Positions 39,194-48,171 of a DNA stretch of 64,000 nt are shown here, one piece after another. Location: NCBI GenBank assembly GCA_016182975.1, contig JACPFJ010000028.1, positions 4,948-68,947 on the forward strand, written 5' to 3'. Within the stretch, counting starts at the first letter, position 1, and every line of letters begins with the position of its first letter. Source of the stretch: Deltaproteobacteria bacterium. Lineage in GTDB: Bacteria; Desulfobacterota; Desulfuromonadia; Geobacterales; Pseudopelobacteraceae. The notes below the pieces were generated by a model. The model saw only the letters and a list, made by a program, of their open reading frames with translations, was not told the origin of the DNA and ran no database searches. The position numbers were made by a program, and so were the translations under genes.

Positions 39194-40234
39194 ATGATGG
39201 ACAAGCAGGCGAAGATTTTTGTGGCCGGACATCGCGGCATGGTGGGATCTGCCATCGTGCGCCGTCTCCGGGCGGAAGGGTACGGCAACCTGCTGCTCAG
39301 GACGCGGGACCAGCTTGACCTGCGGGACCAGGCGGCGGTGGCGGCCTTCTTCCGCGAAGAGCAACCCGAGTATGTCTTTCTTGCCGCCGCCAAGGTCGGC
39401 GGCATCCTGGCCAACAGCAGCCAGCCGGCCGAATTCATCCACGACAACCTGCAGATCCAGTGCAACACCATCCACAACGCCTGGCTCAGCGGAGTGAAGC
39501 GGCTCCTCTTCCTGGGAAGCACCTGCATCTACCCGAAACATGCCCCCCAGCCGATGAGGGAGGAGCATCTCCTCACCAGCCCGCTGGAGCCGACCAACGA
39601 CGCCTATGCCGTGGCCAAGATCGCCGGCATCTACCAGTGCCGCTCCTACAACCGCCAGTACGGCACCCGTTTTCTGGCCGCCATGCCGAACAACCTCTAC
39701 GGCATGAACGACAACTTCGACCTGGAGAAGTCGCACGTCATGCCGGCCCTGATCAGGAAGTTCCACGAGGCGAAAGCGAAGCGTGAGGAGTTAGGCGTGA
39801 GGCGTGAGGACAACCCCTTACCCCTCACCCCTCACCCCTCACCTGACCGCGAAGCGGTCGTCGTCTGGGGAAGCGGTTCGCCGCTGCGCGAATTCCTGCA
39901 TGTGGATGACCTGGCCGACGCCTGCCTGTTCCTGATGAACCTGAACGATGCACCCTACGATGTGCTGCTCCACGACCCTCTTGCGCCGGCCCTGATCAAC
40001 GTCGGTTCCGGTGAGGAGCTTGCCATCCGTGACCTGGCGCTTCTGGTGAAACGCGTGGTCGGTTTCGAGGGTGAACTGGTTTTCGATGCCGGCAAGCCGG
40101 ACGGAACCCCGCGCAAGCTGGCCGACGCCTCGCGTATCCACGCCCTGGGGTGGCGCCACCGGATCGGGTTGGAGGAGGGGGTTAGGGCGACGTACGAGTG
40201 GTACAGGGATAATGTGGCGGTAGCCGGCCGGTGA
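39194..40234 (+). CDS. fcl: GDP-L-fucose synthase
   Basis: AGHRGMVGSAI, AAAKVGGI, GSTCIYP, YAVAK, WGSG..REFLHVDD. Confidence 0.94.
   Translation: MMDKQAKIFVAGHRGMVGSAIVRRLRAEGYGNLLLRTRDQLDLRDQAAVAAFFREEQPEYVFLAAAKVGGILANSSQPAEFIHDNLQIQCNTIHNAWLSGVKRLLFLGSTCIYPKHAPQPMREEHLLTSPLEPTNDAYAVAKIAGIYQCRSYNRQYGTRFLAAMPNNLYGMNDNFDLEKSHVMPALIRKFHEAKAKREELGVRREDNPLPLTPHPSPDREAVVVWGSGSPLREFLHVDDLADACLFLMNLNDAPYDVLLHDPLAPALINVGSGEELAIRDLALLVKRVVGFEGELVFDAGKPDGTPRKLADASRIHALGWRHRIGLEEGVRATYEWYRDNVAVAGR
39781..39843. repeat. Intragenic heptamer inverted-repeat element in fcl
   Basis: gcgtgag-gagttag-gcgtgag-gcgtgag ... cccttac-ccctcac-ccctcac-ccctcac. Confidence 0.85.
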
Positions 40235-41574
40235 AGGACGAGGGCCTTCTGCGGTTGCTGCCCCGCGTTGTCCGCTCCGCCCTGGAGGGACGGGAGGAAG
40301 TCAGACAGGTAATCGGCAATACCGGGTGGCTCTTTGCCGACAAGCTCATGCGCATGGGCGTGGGGCTGCTGGTTAGCGTCTGGGTCGCCCGCTATCTGGG
40401 GCCGGCGCAGTTCGGCATGCTCAGTTATGCGACAGCATTTGTCGCATTGTTCGGTGCGCTGGCCACGCTTGGCCTGGACGGAATCGTCGTGCGGGAGTTG
40501 GTGCGGAACCCGGACGACAGCCAGGAGATCCTCGGCACCGCATTTGCACTCAGGCTGGCAGGCGGTCTCCTGGCCCTGCTCATGGCGGTTGCGGTTGCAT
40601 CCTGGCTGCGTCACGGCGAGCAGACGCTGCGCTGGCTGGTGGCGATCATTGCCGCCGGGGCGGTCTTTCAGGCCTTTGACGTGATCGATTTCTGGTTCCA
40701 GGCCAATGTCCTCTCCAAGCATACGGTCATGGCGAAGAATGCGGCCTTCAGCGTTGCCTCCCTGGCAAGGGTCGGGCTGATCCTCTCGCATGCGCCGCTT
40801 ATCCTTTTTGCCGGCGTTTCACTCCTGGAAGTCGTTCTAGGCGCCGCCGGCCTGATCATCGTCTACCGGCGCAACGGCGGCTTCCCCGGGGAGTGGCGCA
40901 GTAACGCCGCCCGCTGCCGCCGGCTTCTGGGCGACAGCTGGCCCCTGATACTGAGCGGTTTCTCGGTGGCCATCTACATGAAGATCGACCAGGTGATGCT
41001 CGGTGAAATGGCCGGTGACCGTGTGGTTGGCATCTATTCCTCCGCCATCCGCATCTCGGAGATATGGTACTTTCTCCCCATGATCATCGTGTCATCGGTA
41101 TTTCCCGCCGTGATCCAGGCCAAGGAGCGGGATGAAGGCCTTTACGTCCGGAGGATGCAACGCCTCTTCAGGCTGATGACGGCCATCTCCCTCGCCATAG
41201 CGGTGCCGATGACCTTCCTTTCCGAGTGGGTGGTGGTCACGTTGTTCGGCCAGGGGTTTGCCGCTGCCGCGCCGGTGCTTGCGATCCATATCTGGGCCGC
41301 GCTCTTCGTGTTTCTGGGTGTAGCACAGGGGCCATGGGATCTGGCGGAGAACCTTACCAGGCTGGCGCTCTTCCGGATTTCATCCGGTGCGTTCATCAAC
41401 GTGGTGCTGAATGTTTTCCTGATCCCCGCTTACGGAGCGGTTGGGGCGGCCGTGGCGACGGTCGTCTCCCAGGCTTTTGCCGCGGTATTCCTGAACGTGG
41501 TCCATGTAAAAACGAGGGGGATATTTTTCGCCCAACTCAGGTCGTTCCTTGTTTTCCGCTCCGGCCATCAGTAG
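40231..41574 (+). CDS. wzx: Wzx-type polysaccharide flippase
   Basis: Multi-TM protein; ARYLGPAQFG, IYMKIDQVML, GAAVATV. Confidence 0.9.
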   Translation: MKDEGLLRLLPRVVRSALEGREEVRQVIGNTGWLFADKLMRMGVGLLVSVWVARYLGPAQFGMLSYATAFVALFGALATLGLDGIVVRELVRNPDDSQEILGTAFALRLAGGLLALLMAVAVASWLRHGEQTLRWLVAIIAAGAVFQAFDVIDFWFQANVLSKHTVMAKNAAFSVASLARVGLILSHAPLILFAGVSLLEVVLGAAGLIIVYRRNGGFPGEWRSNAARCRRLLGDSWPLILSGFSVAIYMKIDQVMLGEMAGDRVVGIYSSAIRISEIWYFLPMIIVSSVFPAVIQAKERDEGLYVRRMQRLFRLMTAISLAIAVPMTFLSEWVVVTLFGQGFAAAAPVLAIHIWAALFVFLGVAQGPWDLAENLTRLALFRISSGAFINVVLNVFLIPAYGAVGAAVATVVSQAFAAVFLNVVHVKTRGIFFAQLRSFLVFRSGHQ

Positions 41575-41652
41575 GAAGAGACTGCGTACAGCGAATTGTA
41601 TCGTCTGTTCGAGGATTGTTAATCTCCATCCCTGTCATGGGAGAAAACGGTA

Positions 41653-42573
41653 TTGACTGGAACCCCTGTCGCCTTTCTGATATTCAATCGGCCCGACACG
41701 ACCGCGCGGGTTTTCGAGGCCATCCGCCGTGCACGGCCTGCCAGGCTGCTGGTGGTTGCCGACGGACCGCGGTCCGGACGGCCGGATGACGCGAGGCTTT
41801 GCGCCGAGGTGCGTGCCGTCATCGACAGCGTGGACTGGCCGTGCGAGGTCCTTAAAGACTTCGCGGAACGGAACCTGGGGTGCAAGAAGCGTGTCTCCAC
41901 GGGGCTCGACTGGGTGTTCAGCCAGGTGGAGGAGGCGATCATCCTTGAAGACGACTGCCTTCCGCATCCCGGCTTTTTCCCGTTCTGCGAGCAGTTGCTG
42001 GAGCGCTATCGGGACGACGAGCGGGTGATGATGATCGGGGGAACGAATTACCTGCTTGACCGGCTCGCTATAAAGGAAAGTTACTTTTTCTCCCGCTATT
42101 TTCCCATCTGGGGATGGGCTTCATGGAAAAGGGCCTGGAGCAGATATGATATTGCCATGAAGGATTGGGAAAGGTTCAGGTCGGAAAGGCAGTTGAACTC
42201 ATTCTATTCGCAGAGGTTCATGCGGAGCTATGTCACCAACATGTTCGATGCCGCCCATGACAACCGCATCGATACCTGGGATATCCAATGGTTCTACTCC
42301 TGCCTCTTCAACAACGGCTTATGCGCTGTCCCGCGTGTCAATCTGATCTCCAATATCGGGCTGGCAGGCACCCATACGTCAGGAGATACATCTAACAATC
42401 TGTTCCCGCTGTTCGATATCGAGGTTGATGATTTGAGGCATCCGCAGCAGGTGTATCCGAATTTTTTATACGACAATGAGTTCTTCGCAAAAAAACTCAA
42501 GCCCGGTGCGAAGGATTTGCTGAAAAAGGTGTATGCGGCGATGTGGAAAAAATACCGGACATCGGTTTTGTAG
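41653..42573 (+). CDS. GT-A fold glycosyltransferase
   Basis: FNRPDTT, ADGPR, NLGC, IILEDD, WGWA, DTWDIQW. Confidence 0.85.
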   Translation: MTGTPVAFLIFNRPDTTARVFEAIRRARPARLLVVADGPRSGRPDDARLCAEVRAVIDSVDWPCEVLKDFAERNLGCKKRVSTGLDWVFSQVEEAIILEDDCLPHPGFFPFCEQLLERYRDDERVMMIGGTNYLLDRLAIKESYFFSRYFPIWGWASWKRAWSRYDIAMKDWERFRSERQLNSFYSQRFMRSYVTNMFDAAHDNRIDTWDIQWFYSCLFNNGLCAVPRVNLISNIGLAGTHTSGDTSNNLFPLFDIEVDDLRHPQQVYPNFLYDNEFFAKKLKPGAKDLLKKVYAAMWKKYRTSVL

Positions 42574-42585
42574 GTCAGAAACGAC

Positions 42586-43614
42586 ATGGCCAACAAGAGA
42601 ACTCTGCATTTTGTCTATTCAACGCCGCAAGGCCTTGCGGACAAGATAATCATGGCGCTGTTCAGGAAAAGGGTGGACCATCCCTCATGGGAGCGGTATG
42701 CATGGCCCGACCCGGTGCGGGCGCCGCTGTCGATCACCTACCAGATCGCACGTCATTTTTCGTCGCGCTACCGGATCAGGCTGTACGACTTGAGAGAACG
42801 GACCACCATAGAGCCGGACAAGGGGGACATCCTGCTCGGCCATATGTGGCCGGACCCGCAATCCGTCATGTGGCGCTCCCTCGGCGCGAAGAACTTTTCG
42901 AAGAGATACGTCATTGCCCCGTATAACCACGAGCCGCGGCAGGTCCTCTGGTTTCGCCAGGCTGTCGAGCAATGCGACAAATACTTCGCCATCTGCGGCA
43001 AATACTGGATCGACACCTTTGACCGCTCCCCTTTCAGGGACTTTGCGCACAAAATCGTGCATCTGAACATGGCGCTGGATGCAAGGGATTACCCCTTTGT
43101 CAAAAGGGGCTTCAACCCGCCGGGGCGCAGGAGGTTCTTCTATATCGGGCGTTACGGCCGTTACGGCGATGAAAAGGGGATCGGCCTGCTTGAGCGCCTG
43201 GCCGGGGAGATTCCGGGGTTTGCCGGCGGCTATATCTGTGAAGGGGGGGAGATCAGGGGATGGGAAAGGATCTCCGCGCCGACGAGGCTGACTCCCGAAT
43301 TCATCGCCAGGATTGCCGAGGACTATGACTGTTTCATCAACATGAGCAGGGCGGATGCCCAGGCGACTACGGTGCTCGAAGCCATGAGCTGGGGGTTCCC
43401 GGTGGCATGCACCAGGGAGAGCGGCTATGCGGATGGAGACCTGTTTTTCCTGGACCTGGAGGATGAACGGGGCAACATGGAGACCATCCGCAAGATCCAG
43501 GGCTTGAGCGAGAGGGAGCTGACGGAAATCTCGATCAGTAACAGGCGGGCGGTCGAGACGAGGTACAGTTGGGAGAGCTTTCTTTCGACGCTGGAGAAAA
43601 ATATCGCTGAGTGA
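42586..43614 (+). CDS. GT-B (GT4-like) glycosyltransferase
   Basis: YIGR..KGI, TVLEAMSWGFPV, YSWE. Confidence 0.8.
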   Translation: MANKRTLHFVYSTPQGLADKIIMALFRKRVDHPSWERYAWPDPVRAPLSITYQIARHFSSRYRIRLYDLRERTTIEPDKGDILLGHMWPDPQSVMWRSLGAKNFSKRYVIAPYNHEPRQVLWFRQAVEQCDKYFAICGKYWIDTFDRSPFRDFAHKIVHLNMALDARDYPFVKRGFNPPGRRRFFYIGRYGRYGDEKGIGLLERLAGEIPGFAGGYICEGGEIRGWERISAPTRLTPEFIARIAEDYDCFINMSRADAQATTVLEAMSWGFPVACTRESGYADGDLFFLDLEDERGNMETIRKIQGLSERELTEISISNRRAVETRYSWESFLSTLEKNIAE

Positions 43615-43621
43615 GGGGGAT

Positions 43622-44227
43622 GTGATGGTGAAGAAAGAGGCGCTCGAGCGCATTCTCATTACCCGGGAAAAGTTTTTCGAAGTCGAGAGCGAGATCCGTT
43701 TCCACGAACATCTGCGCCGTTACGCCGCCGTAAGAAGGTTTTGCTACGGCAGGGTCCTGGATTTTGCGTCGGGCTGCGGATACGGTTCCTTCCTGCTGTC
43801 CGCAAACCCCGATGTGGAATCGGTTACCGGCATAGACAAGGACAGCGACGCCATTGCCTGGGCTCGCAAAGAGTTCAAGGGCGACAAGACGGATTTCAGA
43901 TGCCAGGACATCGAGGAGGTGAACGAAAAATACGATACCCTTGTCAGTCTGGAGGCGATAGAACATTTCGACGACGTATCGCTGATCCCCAGGCTTGCCG
44001 CCAGGTGCGGGGTTGACAACGTGATCGTCTCCTACCCGAACAAGAAATCCACCCACTTCAACAAATACCACGTGCATGATTTTTCAAATCAGGACATCGT
44101 GAACCTGATGGAGGGGTATGTCTGCTATCATGGTTTCACCATGGGGGACGTGCAGTTTCTCCTCTTCACCAGGAAGCCGCTGAAAGCGCCGGCACACCTG
44201 TACAGAAATCTGATCGACCTGAGATGA
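43622..44227 (+). CDS. Class I SAM-dependent methyltransferase
   Basis: HLRRY, VLDFASGCGYG, EAIEH, YHV. Confidence 0.85.
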   Translation: MMVKKEALERILITREKFFEVESEIRFHEHLRRYAAVRRFCYGRVLDFASGCGYGSFLLSANPDVESVTGIDKDSDAIAWARKEFKGDKTDFRCQDIEEVNEKYDTLVSLEAIEHFDDVSLIPRLAARCGVDNVIVSYPNKKSTHFNKYHVHDFSNQDIVNLMEGYVCYHGFTMGDVQFLLFTRKPLKAPAHLYRNLIDLR

Positions 44228-44267
44228 CCGCAGGAGATGACGTCTGCCGCGGGAAGGAAGACGCAGC

Positions 44268-45062
44268 TTGAAATGTAATATCTGTTTTTCCGGCACGGAA
44301 CCTTTCGCCCGCGCCCTGATGCTCGGCCGCTATGAGGTCGCCTACTACAGGTGCGCCGGCTGCGGGTTTGTCCGGACCGAGGAGCCCTACTGGCTGGAGG
44401 AGGCCTATGCCGACGCCATCACCGGCAGCGACGTCGGGCTGGTGCGGAGGAACCTGCGCCTGGCAAAGAGCACCGCCGCGCTCGTCTCGGCGTTCTTCGA
44501 CCGCAAGGGGCGCTTTCTGGACTATGGCGGCGGCTACGGCCTGCTGGTGCGCCTGCTGCGGGACGCGGGGCTGGATTTCCACCACTTCGACCGCCACTGT
44601 CAGAACATCTTCGCCCGCGGATTCGAGGCGCACCCCAACGACGGGGAGAACTTCGAGCTGCTGACCGCCTTCGAGCTTTTCGAGCATCTGCCGGACCCGG
44701 CGGCGGAGCTGGACTCCATGCTGCGCCTCTCCCGGAACATCCTCTTCACGACCACCCTGCTCCCCGAGCCGGCCCCGCTGCCGGGCGCATGGTGGTATTA
44801 CGGCCTGGAGCACGGGCAGCACGTCTCGTTCTATTCCATGAGGTCGCTGCAGCGGCTGGCCGAACGTTTTTCGCTCCACCTCTGCAGCGACGGCGCGACG
44901 CGCCACCTGCTGACCGAACGGCGCATCCCGCCGCTTCTGTTCAGGGCGGTTTCGAGATACAAGGTGGCCCTGCTTTTGGAGGCGCTGAACCGCCGGCGCC
45001 CCCTGACCGACGACGATTACCGGCTGGTTTCCGGGGACGGTGCGCCGGAGGGGGGGCGATGA
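44268..45062 (+). CDS. Class I SAM-dependent methyltransferase with N-terminal Cys pairs
   Basis: CNIC..CAGC, LDYGGGYG, FELFEHL, WWYY..GQH. Confidence 0.87.
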   Translation: MKCNICFSGTEPFARALMLGRYEVAYYRCAGCGFVRTEEPYWLEEAYADAITGSDVGLVRRNLRLAKSTAALVSAFFDRKGRFLDYGGGYGLLVRLLRDAGLDFHHFDRHCQNIFARGFEAHPNDGENFELLTAFELFEHLPDPAAELDSMLRLSRNILFTTTLLPEPAPLPGAWWYYGLEHGQHVSFYSMRSLQRLAERFSLHLCSDGATRHLLTERRIPPLLFRAVSRYKVALLLEALNRRRPLTDDDYRLVSGDGAPEGGR

Positions 45063-46222
45063 GGATCGCCCTGAACGCGGTAGGGTTCGCACCCGGCAGG
45101 ATGGGGGGGATGGAGACCTACTTCCGTAACCTGCTCTTCAACCTGCAACGCCTGGAGGGGGGGGACAGCTATTCCGTCCTCTGCGACGAGCGCCATGCCG
45201 GCGAGTTCGACCTGACGAACAGCGCCTTCGGCTTCAGGTATCTCAACTATGCCAGGCCGTCGGCAAGATGGCTTCTGCGCGGCCTGCTGCGCAACCTGCT
45301 CGGCCTCGATCCCCTCTCCCTTGAGATGAGGGGGGTGGCTGCGGACCTGATCCATCATCCCTTCACGGTGCTGACGCCCCTCGGGATGCGGATACCATCG
45401 GTGCTGACCTTCTGGGACATGCAGCACGAGTTTTTCCCGGAGTTCTTCCCCCCGCTGGAACTGCGCAAGCGCAGGCGCATCTACCGGATGTCGGCGGAGC
45501 AGGCCACGCGCATCATCGTCAGCTCCGCCTTTACCGGCGAGTGCCTCATGGAGCGCTACGGCATCGACCGGCGCAGGATCGAGGTCATCCATACCGGCTT
45601 CGGCGGGGAGTACCGCGTGATCGACGACCGGGAGGCGCTGGAGCGGGTCAGGGCCAGGTACGCCCTGGAGCGCCCCTTTCTCTTCTACCCGGCCGCCACC
45701 TGGCCGCACAAGAACCACAAGACCCTGCTGGCCGCGCTGAGGATCCTGCGGGAGGAGTACCGATTCGACGGCGAACTGCTCCTCAGCGGCATCGCCATGG
45801 GTGCCCACGGCGACATCCTGGCCGAGATCGAACGGCTGGGGTTGGCGGGGAGCGTCAGGGTGCTGGGCTACCTCCCGTCCGGGGAACTCCCCTGCATCTT
45901 CAACCTGGCCAGGGTGATGGTCTTTCCCTCGCTCTTCGAGGGGTTCGGCATCCCGCTGGTGGAGGCCATGGCCTGCGGCTGTCCGGTGGCCTGCTCCAAC
46001 GTCACCTCGCTCCCCGAGGTCGCAGGCGATGCCGGGGCGCTCTTCGACCCGCACTGCGCGGAGGAGATGGCCGAGCGGATCTGGCAGCTCTGGAGCGACG
46101 ACGAACTGCGGGCGACCCTCCGGCGGCGCGGCCTGGAGCGGGCGCGGCTGTTCGACTGGCAGGAGACGGCCCGGAAAACCGTCGCGGTGTACAGGACGGC
46201 GGCGGCAGAGGGGCAGCCATGA
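45059..46222 (+). CDS. GT4 glycosyltransferase
   Basis: YPAATWPHKNH, PSLFEGFGIPLVEAM. Confidence 0.92.
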   Translation: MRIALNAVGFAPGRMGGMETYFRNLLFNLQRLEGGDSYSVLCDERHAGEFDLTNSAFGFRYLNYARPSARWLLRGLLRNLLGLDPLSLEMRGVAADLIHHPFTVLTPLGMRIPSVLTFWDMQHEFFPEFFPPLELRKRRRIYRMSAEQATRIIVSSAFTGECLMERYGIDRRRIEVIHTGFGGEYRVIDDREALERVRARYALERPFLFYPAATWPHKNHKTLLAALRILREEYRFDGELLLSGIAMGAHGDILAEIERLGLAGSVRVLGYLPSGELPCIFNLARVMVFPSLFEGFGIPLVEAMACGCPVACSNVTSLPEVAGDAGALFDPHCAEEMAERIWQLWSDDELRATLRRRGLERARLFDWQETARKTVAVYRTAAAEGQP

Positions 46223-47016
46223 AGTTTTCGATCATAACCGTAACCCTGAACAGCGAACGCCACCTGGCGGAGTGCATCGGGAGCGTCCTTGGCCAGGAGA
46301 ACGCCGAACTGGAGCAGATCCTGGTGGACGGCGGCTCGACCGACGGCACACTCGACATCGTCAGGCGCTTTGCGGCCGTTGATCCCCGGCTGCGCTGGAT
46401 CTCCGGGCCGGACGCGGGGATCGCGGACGCCTTCAACAAGGGATTGGCCCTGGCCACCGGCGAGCTGATCGGCATCCTCAATTCGGACGACGCCTATGCG
46501 CCGGGGGCGCTGTCGCGGGTGGCGGCGGCGTTTGCCGACCATCCGGGGTGCGACGTCTTCCACGGCGACATGGAGCGTTTCCGCGACGACACCCCCCTGT
46601 TCGTGCTGAAACCCGCTCCCGTGGGAGAGAACATCTGGTACGAGATGCCGGTGAACCATCCGGCCACCTTCGTCACCGGGCGCGCCTACGACAAGGTCGG
46701 CCGCTTCGATCCCCGCCTGAGGGTGGCCATGGATTACGAGCTCGTGCTGCGGCTCTACCTGGCCGGCTGCCGCTTCCATTACATCCCCGCGCTCCTGGCC
46801 CGCATGCGCTACGGGGGGGCCAGCGACGACCGCTTCATTCAGGCCCGGCAAGAGGTGGTCGCAGTTACCGTCCGGGCGGGGTATCCCAGGCACAAGGCCT
46901 GGTTCTGGTTCTGCCTGAGTATCCTCAAAAGCTCGCTGAAGAACCTCTTGCGCCGGCTTCGGCTCCATGCGCTGATCCGCCTGCACCCCAGGTTCAGGCC
47001 CGGCGCCGGGCGCTGA
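46219..47016 (+). CDS. GT2 glycosyltransferase
   Basis: FSIIT, VDGGSTDGT, GIADAFNKG, LNSDD. Confidence 0.92.
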   Translation: MKFSIITVTLNSERHLAECIGSVLGQENAELEQILVDGGSTDGTLDIVRRFAAVDPRLRWISGPDAGIADAFNKGLALATGELIGILNSDDAYAPGALSRVAAAFADHPGCDVFHGDMERFRDDTPLFVLKPAPVGENIWYEMPVNHPATFVTGRAYDKVGRFDPRLRVAMDYELVLRLYLAGCRFHYIPALLARMRYGGASDDRFIQARQEVVAVTVRAGYPRHKAWFWFCLSILKSSLKNLLRRLRLHALIRLHPRFRPGAGR

Positions 47017-47033
47017 TCAAGAAGGAGAACGAC

Positions 47034-48155
47034 GTGCGCATAGCAATCGACGCCTCGACCATATCCACCCAGGGAGGTCCCCGCACCTACGTCCTCGGTC
47101 TTGTCGAGGCCCTGCTGAGGCTTGACCGGGAAAACGAATACGTGGTTTTCTACAACGACCCGGCGCACCTCGGCCGCTTCCCACGGGCCAGGGAGGTCGT
47201 GCTCCCCGGCAAGAGCCCGCTCGCCAGGCTCTGGCGGGAGCACCTGCTGCTGCCGCTGGCCTGCAAAAGGGAACGGATCGATCTGCTCCACTGCCCGAAG
47301 AGCGCCATCCCCTTTCGCTCCCCCTGCCCGACGGTGGTGACGCTGCACGACCTGATCCCGATCCGCCACCCGGAGACCGAGACCGTTGCGGCCCGCCTCT
47401 ACTGGCGTCTGCACATCCCGGCGGCGGCCAGGCAGAGCGATTTCGTCATCACCGATTCCGAGCATGCCCGGCGGGAGATCATCGCCGCCTTCGGCGTCTC
47501 TCCCGAGCGGGTCCGCGCCATCCTGCTCGGCTTCGACCCGGCGATGCTGGCGCAGCGCGACGGGGCGCACGGCGCAAGGCTTCGGCGGCGCTACGCCCTG
47601 CCGGAGGGTTACATCCTCTACGTCGGCACCATCCAGCCGCGCAAGAACCTGGACACGCTCATCGAGGCCTACGCCCGCCTGCGGCGGGAAGGGGGAGTCG
47701 AGCGCAAGCTGGTGATCGTCGGCAGGAAGGGGTGGCTCTGCGAGAGCCTCTTTGCCCGCATCGCCCGCCACGGGTTGCAGGACGAGGTGCTCTTCACCGG
47801 CTTCGTGCCCGACGGGGAGCTGCCCTATCTCTACGACGGGGCCGCCGTCTTCGTCTACCTCTCCCTGTTCGAGGGTTTCGGGCTGCCGCCGCTGGAGGCT
47901 ATGGCCTGCGGCGTGCCGGTCATCACCTCCAACAGCACCTCGCTCCCGGAGGTGGTCGGCGATGCCGGCATCACCGTGGACCCGCTCGACCAGGCGGTCG
48001 TGGCGGATGCCCTGCGACGGGTGCTGGAGACCCCGGAGCTGGCGCAACGGATGACCGCCGCGGGGCGCGCCAGGGCCGCGGGGTTCTCCTGGGAGAGGTG
48101 TGCCAGGGAGACGCTGGAGGTGTACGGCATGGTTTTAAAAGCGCACAATTCATGA
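47034..48155 (+). CDS. GT4 glycosyltransferase
   Basis: VGTIQPRKNL, EGFGLPPLEAMACG. Confidence 0.92.
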   Translation: MRIAIDASTISTQGGPRTYVLGLVEALLRLDRENEYVVFYNDPAHLGRFPRAREVVLPGKSPLARLWREHLLLPLACKRERIDLLHCPKSAIPFRSPCPTVVTLHDLIPIRHPETETVAARLYWRLHIPAAARQSDFVITDSEHARREIIAAFGVSPERVRAILLGFDPAMLAQRDGAHGARLRRRYALPEGYILYVGTIQPRKNLDTLIEAYARLRREGGVERKLVIVGRKGWLCESLFARIARHGLQDEVLFTGFVPDGELPYLYDGAAVFVYLSLFEGFGLPPLEAMACGVPVITSNSTSLPEVVGDAGITVDPLDQAVVADALRRVLETPELAQRMTAAGRARAAGFSWERCARETLEVYGMVLKAHNS

Positions 48156-48171
48156 AAACCGGGGTGTACCC

